Virus record (IMG/VR): IMGVR_UViG_3300048578_000442
Coordinates: 1-25,399 of that record
Strand: one strand, 5' to 3'
Source: a virus
Taxonomy: Duplodnaviria > Caudoviricetes
Length of the DNA stretch: 25,399 nucleotides
A model generated the notes under the pieces. That model was not told the origin of the DNA. It worked only from the letters and a program-made list of their open reading frames with translations, and made no database searches. Each line of letters opens with the position of its first letter. The first letter of the stretch is position 1. The position numbers and the translations under genes were made by a program. Positions 18,565-25,399 of the stretch are shown piece by piece.

Positions 18565-18777
18565 CTATTCTTGGTTATTAGCGGCAATCGAAAAGGAGCT
18601 ACGGACAATATCGTCTAAGTTAACATAAGGATCAAACGAGTCCTTTTCCTCACTCCAAACGGCGTCAATAATATCTACACCAGCCCACATACGCCTGTTT
18701 TCAATACCATCTATGTTCCATACATATCGGCGAACTTCTAGTGTGTATGTATATCCATTTACGTAAGTATTTACCAT
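18565..18777 (-). CDS. Hypothetical protein (accessory)
   Basis: 70 aa ORF with ATG start, ending at the terminator; no recognisable motif. Confidence 0.55.
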   Translation of the reverse strand: MVNTYVNGYTYTLEVRRYVWNIDGIENRRMWAGVDIIDAVWSEEKDSFDPYVNLDDIVRSSFSIAANNQE

Positions 18778-18807
18778 TTTATCAGACTTTTAAATACTGT
18801 TTAAACG

Positions 18808-19149
18808 CTATTTCTTCATTGCGTAATACTCGTTTATGCTTTTAGTTGGGTTCTGCTTTTTCCATTCATCAAAAGCTGTATTGTCTCTTTCTTTATGCTG
18901 TTGCAATTGAGAGGAGAGTACACTTTGCTCTAGCAGCATATCTAGCCTTGCCATGATGCCCGAAAGGGCAAAAAACACTAAAGAAAACGACAAAGAGGAG
19001 AACCCTGCTACTAAGAAGGATACCGCATTTATTTTATCAGAACCATACCCGTCAAACATTACAAAACCCGAAATTATTGAAATAATGCTTGAAAGCAAAA
19101 ATATCCATGCAACGGCACTTAGAGTTACTTGTAAGTTGTTTTTTTTCAT
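18808..19149 (-). CDS. Two-TM membrane protein (moron-like accessory gene)
   Basis: Two clear hydrophobic segments followed by a polar tail; AT-rich; near-consensus -7 box TATATTTA upstream (19162-19169). Confidence 0.7.
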   Translation of the reverse strand: MKKNNLQVTLSAVAWIFLLSSIISIISGFVMFDGYGSDKINAVSFLVAGFSSLSFSLVFFALSGIMARLDMLLEQSVLSSQLQQHKERDNTAFDEWKKQNPTKSINEYYAMKK

Positions 19150-19213
19150 CGTTTTTTTCGTTAAATATAAGAAATAATTAAAACGCTTTATCTCTTATTT
19201 CGTTTATTGGTGT

Positions 19214-19225
19214 ATTACCGCCAAT
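19214..19225 (+). repeat. Orphan R'-like half site marking the left end of cassette A
   Basis: ATTACCGCCAAT; TTACCGCCA (19215-19223) is the exact reverse complement of TGGCGGTAA (19545-19553). Confidence 0.65.
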
Positions 19226-19513
19226 TTAACTGACGGCATCTGAAAATACTTTTTTACAAATTGATTTTAGATTTTCAGTTGAAAGATTTTTGAATCTACC
19301 ATACTCATTAGATACAGCAAATCTCGCATGGATACCGCTAAAACAAGTAATGAAATACTCTACGGCATCGAGTGTTTTCTTCGCTTCATCGGGAGTAATT
19401 AAGCCTAAATCAATTGCTTCTATTTGCATCATCAAAAATCTTTGTGCATAAGGTTCAATAAATTCAGACGGTATTTCAGGTAAATTTTTTGCATAAGTGA
19501 CTTGAGTTCCCAT
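19226..19513 (-). CDS. Hypothetical protein, cargo of cassette A
   Basis: 95 aa AT-rich ORF that exactly fills the space between two attC-like core sites. Confidence 0.7.
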   Translation of the reverse strand: MGTQVTYAKNLPEIPSEFIEPYAQRFLMMQIEAIDLGLITPDEAKKTLDAVEYFITCFSGIHARFAVSNEYGRFKNLSTENLKSICKKVFSDAVS

Positions 19514-19542
19514 GTAATTAATTTTTAGATTATTAATAATAA

Positions 19543-19644
19543 ACTGGCGGTAACACGCAATATAAAAAATTGGCTATAAATGTTTTGTGCAACTTGAAAG
19601 GTCGGTACAAGCCAACTTTTCATATTACCACCGTTATAACCCAT
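19543..19644 (+). repeat. attC-like recombination site 1
   Basis: ACTGGCGGTAAC, 17-bp imperfect inverted arms (19559-19575/19610-19626), then GTTATAACCCAT. Confidence 0.75.
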
Positions 19645-19819
19645 TTTGCCACCGCACCCAAAAACGCATTAGCCGAATTAACCCAGCTATTTTTTTGGCG
19701 TATCGCTTGCCAGTATAGGTTGATTTTATTTGAGTTCGCGATTTATCAGCAGTGAGTAATCGGCTCACATTTGACCAGTTTATTAAATCGAGTTCATTCA
19801 TATTAATCTTCAATTTCAA
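19634..19819 (-). CDS. Small basic putative DNA-binding protein, cassette B
   Basis: 61 aa; LINWSNVSRLL resembles the first helix of an HTH; overlaps the upstream gene; stop codon lies inside the attC-like core site. Confidence 0.55.
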   Translation of the reverse strand: MKLKINMNELDLINWSNVSRLLTADKSRTQIKSTYTGKRYAKKIAGLIRLMRFWVRWQNGL

Positions 19820-20213
19820 AGATGTGAATATCTTCGTTTGAATAAACTAATTTAGCTTCACTGGCATCAAAACTAATTCCGTCACCAAAATAATCTGTTC
19901 TTGAATTAGCTTCATTTATTGCATTTTCTAAAGATTCAGATTTTAACTCTATTGCCGATAACCCGTATTTTGCATTAACGTTATCAATAGCAACCCAATA
20001 ATTAGCATACAATTCGCCAAAATTAAATTCAGAAACTTGTTCTGCATAAATATCAAATCCTGAAATCCAAACTGATTTTGAATCAGTAGCGGACCTTAAT
20101 AAATCTTGTAATTCATTGTAAGTTCCAATAAAGCCTTCTTGTCCAAAATTCCATGAAGACCAATTCCGTTTGATGTCTTCTTGAATATGATTTGATTTTC
20201 TAGATACAAACAT
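19803..20213 (-). CDS. Hypothetical acidic protein, cassette B
   Basis: 136 aa AT-rich ORF preceded by a consensus promoter. Confidence 0.72.
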   Translation of the reverse strand: MFVSRKSNHIQEDIKRNWSSWNFGQEGFIGTYNELQDLLRSATDSKSVWISGFDIYAEQVSEFNFGELYANYWVAIDNVNAKYGLSAIELKSESLENAINEANSRTDYFGDGISFDASEAKLVYSNEDIHIFEIED

Positions 20214-20236
20214 TGTCTTTGTTTTTAATTGTCATA

Positions 20237-20301
20237 CAAATATAACTCAATTGAGCATTAAAACCAAATGTTTTATAAAAAAATTACACATTTGAGTATT
20301 A
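20237..20301 (-). promoter_or_regulatory. Bacteroidota sigma-A promoter with operator-like repeats
   Basis: TTTG (20265-20268), 20-nt spacer, TATATTTG (20237-20244). Palindrome CTCAATTGAG in the spacer; 16-mer at 20245-20260 repeated 13/16 at 20286-20301. Confidence 0.75.
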
Positions 20302-20320
20302 TTTGTAACGAATGAATAAA

Positions 20321-20399
20321 ACGGGTTATAACACTGTATGTATGTCAGCTTGCCGCAGGCGCAACACAAGCCGCCACACATACCTCAGTTAGTACCCAT
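20321..20399 (+). repeat. attC-like recombination site 2
   Basis: ACGGGTTATAAC, 17-bp imperfect arms (20336-20352/20367-20383), then GTTAGTACCCAT. Its GGGTTATAAC is the reverse complement of GTTATAACCC at 19633. Confidence 0.75.
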
Positions 20400-20805
20400 A
20401 GCTCACCGAAACCATATTATAACCGCCAAAAACCTCAACATTGCGCACGCCATCGGTACGCACAGGGTGTACGCATAAATGCTCAACCGATAGCTTTAGC
20501 TTGTCTGTTAATCGAAACGAGGCGTTTACAAACCATTCTGCCTGCATCGGTCTAAATGTAAACGAGTTCCAATGTCTCATGTACACATGTTGAGTAAAAC
20601 CTATTGCAAATCGGCGGTAGCTAGCTTCTGCCCCAATGCGTGCGCGAAAGGTGCCATAATCAACAATGTTATAATTAAGGTCGGCTCCTTGCACCTTTAA
20701 AAGGTAAGGCGTCGTAAAAACGTCGAGCGCTATGCGTGGGTTTACCTTTATTTGAGCTGCTGCAGTAGCTTCTACGAGCAACAGCAATATGATTAGTTTT
20801 TTCAT
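20389..20805 (-). CDS. Secreted protein, probable small outer-membrane beta-barrel
   Basis: Signal peptide MKKLIILLLLVEATAAA-Q, alternating amphipathic strands, C-terminal aromatic (VSVSYGY). Confidence 0.6.
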   Translation of the reverse strand: MKKLIILLLLVEATAAAQIKVNPRIALDVFTTPYLLKVQGADLNYNIVDYGTFRARIGAEASYRRFAIGFTQHVYMRHWNSFTFRPMQAEWFVNASFRLTDKLKLSVEHLCVHPVRTDGVRNVEVFGGYNMVSVSYGY

Positions 20806-21599
20806 TACGCTACCATTTTTAAAAGTTCCAATTCTTCCGGTGTTCTGTTTTTCTCCGCTTTCTTACGAATGCGAGCTACCTCGGCGGCCAGCGCAGCGCC
20901 TTTGTATCTGGCAGCCTCGGCGACTGCTTTAAGAAGCTCACTTTCTTTTTCTTTTAACTTAGTTTTCAATTCGTCATAGTCACTTTGCAATTCGTCAGAG
21001 TCACATCTCAACTCAGTAATAAGGATCATATCTTGCTCGGCGATACGTTCAGCGTCAAGCAACTTACTATTAAGTGACTTTTGCGCCTCGCGGCTTTCGT
21101 TAAGGTTACTTTGAAGTTTCTGAAAGTTACCTTTGAGACTTTCGACCTCACTTTGCTTTTCGAGCAGAGCGAGGCGCGTTTTCTCATACTCAGTTTTAAG
21201 TAACCTTTGTTCCTCCGCTTCGCCACTGTGCTGGTCGGCGTTAATCAAACCGAGACTATACGTATTTAGCCCGGCGAATACCGAAAGGATAATAGACATT
21301 GCAAAGCGTATAGGGTTTGCAAACAAATGGTCGGCATGTTCAAGGTTTAGGCCGCAAAAGGTAAGTAGCATATCGAATAATGGGAAGGCTACCTTCGCCC
21401 AGCTTTGCTTACCTAGGCGCATTATCAGAACTGTAACTGAACTGAACGCAATAGCGCCAATTATGCCGAAAATGGTTGCCGATACGTTCTGCGTATTAAA
21501 CATGTATTCGAGCGAAAGAGTATTGACATATGATAGCTCGGCTACCATAAGTAAAAGCGCAATTCCTACGCCTGTTTTTGATAAAAATCGATCTATCAT
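20805..21599 (-). CDS. Four-TM inner-membrane protein with long C-terminal coiled coil
   Basis: Four hydrophobic segments in the first ~120 aa, then heptad-rich Glu/Lys/Leu sequence. Confidence 0.75.
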   Translation of the reverse strand: MIDRFLSKTGVGIALLLMVAELSYVNTLSLEYMFNTQNVSATIFGIIGAIAFSSVTVLIMRLGKQSWAKVAFPLFDMLLTFCGLNLEHADHLFANPIRFAMSIILSVFAGLNTYSLGLINADQHSGEAEEQRLLKTEYEKTRLALLEKQSEVESLKGNFQKLQSNLNESREAQKSLNSKLLDAERIAEQDMILITELRCDSDELQSDYDELKTKLKEKESELLKAVAEAARYKGAALAAEVARIRKKAEKNRTPEELELLKMVA

Positions 21600-21600
21600 A

Positions 21601-21822
21601 TTAAAATAGTTGTAATTGTTTGGGGGCTTCGTTAAGCTGTTTTAGTTCCTTTTTGGCGTTAATAGCCAGGTAGGTGTAATACGTGCGGCGACTTATTATA
21701 TATTGCGGATAGATGTAATTGAGGTACACATATTCTTGCGTTACGCCGTTGTCGGTGTACTGTCTCGTAATAGTCTGTATATCAACTATACGTGTAAGTA
21801 GGTTTCTTCGGTTGTAAGCCAC
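21601..21822 (-). CDS. Small HTH-like protein, probable late/middle transcription activator (Mor/C analogue)
   Basis: IYPQYIISRRTYYTYL recognition-helix-like motif; position near the end of the early operon as in Mu-like phages; GTG start. Confidence 0.55.
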   Translation of the reverse strand: MAYNRRNLLTRIVDIQTITRQYTDNGVTQEYVYLNYIYPQYIISRRTYYTYLAINAKKELKQLNEAPKQLQLF

Positions 21823-21872
21823 GCGCTTGGAGTTTTATTTATTACATTTGTGCCACCACAGCTTATTATGTA

Positions 21873-21908
21873 ATAAAGGGGTTTCGTTTGCGCGGGCTCC
21901 TTTTTTTT
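21873..21908 (+). terminator. Plus-strand intrinsic terminator opposing the early operon
   Basis: AAAGGGGTTTCG-TTTG-CGCGGGCTCCTTTTTTTT; the stem depends on G-U pairs that form only in plus-strand RNA. Confidence 0.6.
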
Positions 21909-22215
21909 ATGAGTTATCGCTCATCGAGAGCGATAACTCCTTTAGATATTCTATATATCGCAGAAATCCAACAAGATCAAACTCTTCCTTTGATTCAATT
22001 TGAATTGTATTTGGTCTTTTTCCTTCAATTCGTAATCCTCGTGGACTTTGATATGCGCGGAGTTCCTGCGTTTCGTTTCCAGTTTTAAATAAAAATATAC
22101 TTGACATGTTTGCCTTTTTATGAGTTGTCGTCTTCAAAACCATCGAGTAAGAGAGTAAGCTCTCTTTGTTTTTCCCACTCCTGAGTCGTTTTAATTCGCT
22201 TGCGTTGTAGCGCAT
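21907..22215 (-). CDS. Hypothetical basic protein
   Basis: 102 aa ORF in operon orientation; no recognisable motif. Confidence 0.55.
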   Translation of the reverse strand: MRYNASELKRLRSGKNKESLLSYSMVLKTTTHKKANMSSIFLFKTGNETQELRAYQSPRGLRIEGKRPNTIQIESKEEFDLVGFLRYIEYLKELSLSMSDNS

Positions 22216-22260
22216 CGCGTTGCTTCTTTATCAGATTGTAGGTTTTACGTTCGTCGCGTG

Positions 22261-22587
22261 TCATACCTCTACAAATGTGTGATTACCGAGCTTTGTGGCA
22301 AGCTGCCATTCTATTTGCGCGCCTCGGCTAAACTCCCAATCCGGAAGCAGATTAATAGCTTCGCACTTAAGCAATAAACCTATACATTCGCGCATAGCGG
22401 CGTACCATTGAGCCTCTGTTGTCATGTTATCCCACCCGAGTACTTTTTCTTTAAAATTTATATCCATTGGACTTACGGGCTCGTAGCCCATGGCAAAAAG
22501 CTCAATTTTGCGCTTTTCAAACTTCATTTTGCAACGTTCTGTCGGCTCTCCGGTTATCTTTCCGGCTATATATACAGTTGTTCTCAT
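22261..22587 (-). CDS. DUF4406 family protein (nucleoside deoxyribosyltransferase-like fold)
   Basis: VYIAGKITG...PVSP...MRECIGLLLKCEAINLLPDWEFSRGAQIE. Confidence 0.88.
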   Translation of the reverse strand: MRTTVYIAGKITGEPTERCKMKFEKRKIELFAMGYEPVSPMDINFKEKVLGWDNMTTEAQWYAAMRECIGLLLKCEAINLLPDWEFSRGAQIEWQLATKLGNHTFVEV

Positions 22588-23426
22588 GCTGCTAAAAAGG
22601 TTTTAAGGTTCTTATGTTTTTTTAAGCGATCAATGGCCGACTCCTTCAACTGTCGGCAACGTTCGCGCGATAGTCCGACTATCAGCGCCACTTCGTCGAG
22701 TGTAATGGCGGGTGCCTCGAGTCCGAAATGCAATACCACAACCTTGTACTGTTGGGCGTTAAGTTTTGATTTTAGGAACTTCACAAGGCTGGCGCGTTCG
22801 CTATCAACAAAAGCCTCGTCAAAATCGGGCGTTTCGCCGATAAACTCCTGCAGACTGTTTGTTTCGTTTTCGCCAACCGGAAGGTCAAAGCTTACAATCG
22901 TCGAAACGCGTTCGGCGTCAATTAAGCCGTTAGTTCGTAATTCCAGTTCCTCGGCTGCCTGTCTTATGTTGAGATTGCGACCATTTAGACTCATTTCGCG
23001 TCGCATGTGCGCAACTGCTTTGTTTTGAGTCATTAACACGTTTTGCGGAATCCTTATCGTTCTGCTTTCGTTCCTGCAGTGTTCGAGTATCGATTGACGT
23101 ATCCACCAAACGGCGCAAGAAATAAGCTTAAACCCGCGTGTATGGTCGAACCTGTCAACTGCCTTTATAAGTCCGCAATTGCCTGCTTCAATAATGTCTA
23201 ACAAGCTGTTACCTTTGCCTTCGTATTGCTTTGCACACGATACAACAAAGCGGAGGTTTGCATTTATAAGCATCTCGCGAGCTTGTTCGTCTCCGGCATC
23301 CTTGCGGATTGCAAGGGCTATTTCTTCCTCGGTTGTAAGTAGCGGAATACGCGCTATATCGTTGAGGTATTTCTCAACGCCTTCGGTGCGTCGGGTTATG
23401 CTTTTGTTAATTTTTAATTGTCTCAT
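22584..23426 (-). CDS. Phage-encoded RNA polymerase sigma factor, Bacteroidota RpoD/SigA-type
   Basis: Starts MRQLKINKSIT (ATG 23426) like Bacteroidota primary sigma; region 1.2 EKYLNDI, 2.1 ANLRFVVSCAKQY, 2.2 GNCGLIKAVDRFD, 2.3-2.4 AVWWIRQSI, 4.2 TLDEVA...GLSRERCRQL. Confidence 0.92.
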   Translation of the reverse strand: MRQLKINKSITRRTEGVEKYLNDIARIPLLTTEEEIALAIRKDAGDEQAREMLINANLRFVVSCAKQYEGKGNSLLDIIEAGNCGLIKAVDRFDHTRGFKLISCAVWWIRQSILEHCRNESRTIRIPQNVLMTQNKAVAHMRREMSLNGRNLNIRQAAEELELRTNGLIDAERVSTIVSFDLPVGENETNSLQEFIGETPDFDEAFVDSERASLVKFLKSKLNAQQYKVVVLHFGLEAPAITLDEVALIVGLSRERCRQLKESAIDRLKKHKNLKTFLAA

Positions 23427-23541
23427 AACGTTGTTTTTTGGTTGGCGGTTGTGCACTCCCGCCGTTTTAGTAAGTCATATATGAGTAGTTCCCGCTGGCG
23501 AATCCGATTCGCGCATCGCGCTGTGCAGCGGGTTTGTTTTT

Positions 23542-24198
23542 TTAGTTTACATCCGTGTATTTCAATGCTACTCTTCTCATTCTGCCGTTCTCGTCAGCTA
23601 CATCAACATAGTATAGGCGGTTGCCCGGTTCGGTTCTAATAGCTTTGTCGAACAGGTCAACAGCTTCAACAAACAGCTCCCAGCCTTCAACCTTGCTACG
23701 TTCGGCAGTAGCTTTTTGCGAGCGTAGCTCATTGACAGAGGTTTGGTCTATCTCTCCGTTGCTTTTGTAGAGTAGAGAGTTAATCATCTCGCGCAAAAAG
23801 GCAAACTTTGCCGAGTCTTTTTCGTCTTTATCAAAGAGTTGGAAAAACTCTTCGAACTTGGCTTTAACGATAGAAACATAGGTTTTATCGAACTTTAATC
23901 GGGTTGTTGTGATAAGCTTAACCGACACCGTTTTATCGAAAGCTGAGAAAGTAAGCGACTCCGGTGTCGGGATTCTTTTTAGCTCTTTAATACCCGCGTC
24001 TTTTAGTTTTACCGAAAACACTTCCATTTGTGCAGCATCAATAGCACTGTTAAGCTCCTGTAGCGCCTTTTCGGCCTTTAGCGCCAACGCGCTAACGCGC
24101 TGCGCGTGCTTTTCTTCAACCTTCATTACCGGATTAATAGCAAAGCCGGGTACTACCTTGCCCTCTGCTGTAATCCACTGTTTACCTGTTTGTTTCAT
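23542..24198 (-). CDS. DUF3164 family protein (Mu-like phage early region)
   Basis: 218 aa; WITAEG..VP start, LTFSAFD, W...AVDL...AI, YY near the C-terminus; synteny with the GemA-like gene. Confidence 0.65.
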   Translation of the reverse strand: MKQTGKQWITAEGKVVPGFAINPVMKVEEKHAQRVSALALKAEKALQELNSAIDAAQMEVFSVKLKDAGIKELKRIPTPESLTFSAFDKTVSVKLITTTRLKFDKTYVSIVKAKFEEFFQLFDKDEKDSAKFAFLREMINSLLYKSNGEIDQTSVNELRSQKATAERSKVEGWELFVEAVDLFDKAIRTEPGNRLYYVDVADENGRMRRVALKYTDVN

Positions 24199-24379
24199 GT
24201 TTTATTTTGCTTTTAAAATTTAACACTTCAGTTATTTCGTCTCTCAAATCGCGTAGCGTAGTTATTTTGCTTTGTACCCTACTAAATGAGCCGTCGCCCA
24301 CTATTTGTATGCTTTGATATCGCTCTATACGAGCATCTATAATGCTCAGTACCTTTGCTATTATTCGTTTTTTGAACAT
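24182..24379 (-). CDS. Hypothetical protein
   Basis: 65 aa from ATG 24379 (MFKKRIIAKV...), overlapping both neighbours as expected for translational coupling. Confidence 0.6.
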   Translation of the reverse strand: MFKKRIIAKVLSIIDARIERYQSIQIVGDGSFSRVQSKITTLRDLRDEITEVLNFKSKIKHETNR

Positions 24380-24594
24380 GGTTTTAATTCTTTTGCTATT
24401 ATTGAAACAACGGTTGTTTTTGTTACCGAAACCAGCCCGGTACCGCCACATAGTTGGCAGGTTTTCCAGTCGCCCTTTTCTTCGCCGGTATGTGGGTTTC
24501 GGTCTGTTACCCTCCAAACTCGCCCCTCAGCTTTGCAAGCCCCGCAGAGGTCGGTGTAGGTCGATTGGAATCTTTCTATTTTAGGGTCTGGCAT
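24361..24594 (-). CDS. Small zinc-finger protein (DnaJ-type CxxCxGxG repeats)
   Basis: CGACKAEG and CQLCGGTG motifs; ATG 24594 preferred as start. Confidence 0.7.
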   Translation of the reverse strand: MPDPKIERFQSTYTDLCGACKAEGRVWRVTDRNPHTGEEKGDWKTCQLCGGTGLVSVTKTTVVSIIAKELKPCSKNE

Positions 24595-24787
24595 TAGCTG
24601 AGGTATTAGGAGTGTCAAATAAATCGGCCATTCCGCTTGTTTTTGCTACAATGGCATTGCATTTTCCTCTTAACTTCTTTTCAAGCCTTATGCTCAACTG
24701 CAATGTTTTGTAATCCTTTGTTTTGAAAAATTGCTGCTGTGTGTCTAGCAGCTCCAGCACGTCTTTAGCTAAGTCCGTTGTTGTCAT
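24581..24787 (-). CDS. Hypothetical protein
   Basis: 68 aa with QQQFFKTKD...LEKKL helical pattern; packed in the operon. Confidence 0.65.
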   Translation of the reverse strand: MTTTDLAKDVLELLDTQQQFFKTKDYKTLQLSIRLEKKLRGKCNAIVAKTSGMADLFDTPNTSANARP

Positions 24788-24923
24788 TTACTTTTGCTTT
24801 TATTGTTTCACAAACCTTTACATATTCCTCTCTGTTAACCTTCCAGAATGGGTGGCTCTCATCGTGCCAGCGAAACCACGTTTCGAGGTCTGCTTTTTTT
24901 TGCTCGTAGTTGATTGTTGTCAT
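24765..24923 (-). CDS. Small hypothetical protein (52 aa), not in the ORF track
   Basis: MTTINYEQKKADLETWFRWHDESHPFWKVNREEYVKVCETIKAKVNDNNGLS*; its ATG overlaps the upstream stop (TAATG) and it fills the gap. Confidence 0.65.
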   Translation of the reverse strand: MTTINYEQKKADLETWFRWHDESHPFWKVNREEYVKVCETIKAKVNDNNGLS

Positions 24924-25399
24924 TAGTTTAGTGTTGTTAATCCGACTATAAGCTCAGAGGTTACGAAATCGATTTTATGTATCGCTTTTTGCTTTTTTAG
25001 AAAGGTGAAGTATAAATCCTGTAAGCGGCTGTCGGGTATTTGGTTAAAGTGCTTATAACTTGTACACTGGCACGCTATGCCTTTAATGTAATCGGCGTTC
25101 GATTCTTTATTAATCGCTTCCAAAAACCCGCCAATTGCCGCCATCACGCGTTTGCGCCACATATCGGTTTCTTTTTCTTCCTTCGTCTGTATCTTAACCT
25201 GCTTTTTGTTTTCGAGCAGGTTAATGGCTTCGTTTAGCTGGTCGATGCTCATCTCTAGCGAGCTTTCAACGCCAAACTCAAAAAGGAAGCAGTAATACGT
25301 GTCGTCATCCATGCCTGCTGCCGACTTAGCTATATGTAGCCTCTTTATTAGCGATTTGTGGTAGGCTATCTGTTTATCAGTTAAGGTTGTTCGTTTCAT
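24923..25399 (-). CDS. GemA/Mu gp16-like protein (DUF1018-like)
   Basis: LIKRLHIAKSAAGMDDDTYY..L...GVESS.EMSIDQL is the GemA-type N-terminal pattern. The start sits at the window edge. Confidence 0.72.
   Translation of the reverse strand: MKRTTLTDKQIAYHKSLIKRLHIAKSAAGMDDDTYYCFLFEFGVESSLEMSIDQLNEAINLLENKKQVKIQTKEEKETDMWRKRVMAAIGGFLEAINKESNADYIKGIACQCTSYKHFNQIPDSRLQDLYFTFLKKQKAIHKIDFVTSELIVGLTTLN

Larger units (their letters stand above)
1..25399. mobile_element. Internal part of a Mu-like (transposable) siphovirus-type phage/prophage of a Bacteroidota host
   Basis: Contiguous head, tail and lysis genes plus Mu-type markers (GemA/DUF1018-like, DUF3164, gp27/gp28-like terminase, DUF935 portal, MuF, gpG, gp36). 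No sheath gene, long tape measure. Ends and transposase lie outside the window. Confidence 0.9.

Noticed and set aside
19570-19755. Plus-strand ORF as conventionally oriented cassette cargo
   Set aside because: It starts inside the attC-like hairpin and is antisense to the better-supported 61-aa gene.
23491-23532. A true tRNA gene
   Set aside because: Only 42 nt, with no D or anticodon arm and no TTCRA loop.

Overview
The whole window is the interior of a Mu-like (transposable) long-tailed phage or prophage of a Bacteroidota host. The host call rests on TAnnTTTG promoters and a Bacteroidota-type SigA homologue; no transposase or prophage end is in view. Two late operons diverge from 12240-12382. 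The leftward one encodes protease/scaffold, major capsid, lysis genes, tail tube, tail chaperone with a -1 frameshift extension, tape measure, distal tail and a tail-tip protein running off the left edge. The rightward one encodes TerS, TerL, a gp36-like adaptor, a portal-MuF-nuclease fusion, gpG-like and gp37-like proteins. An early/middle operon enters from the right (GemA-like, DUF3164, sigma factor, DUF4406, probable late activator). Most unusual: (1) an attC-like, integron-style cassette array at 19214-20399 with inverted genes and no integrase in view; (2) a portal-MuF-RNase-fold fusion followed by a convergent structured small-RNA candidate instead of an immunity gene; (3) a housekeeping-type sigma factor with altered promoter-melting residues; (4) three copies of a 4x7-bp intergenic repeat; (5) a capsid protein with a long hydrophobic leader. 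All family assignments come from motif recognition and synteny, not from database searches.
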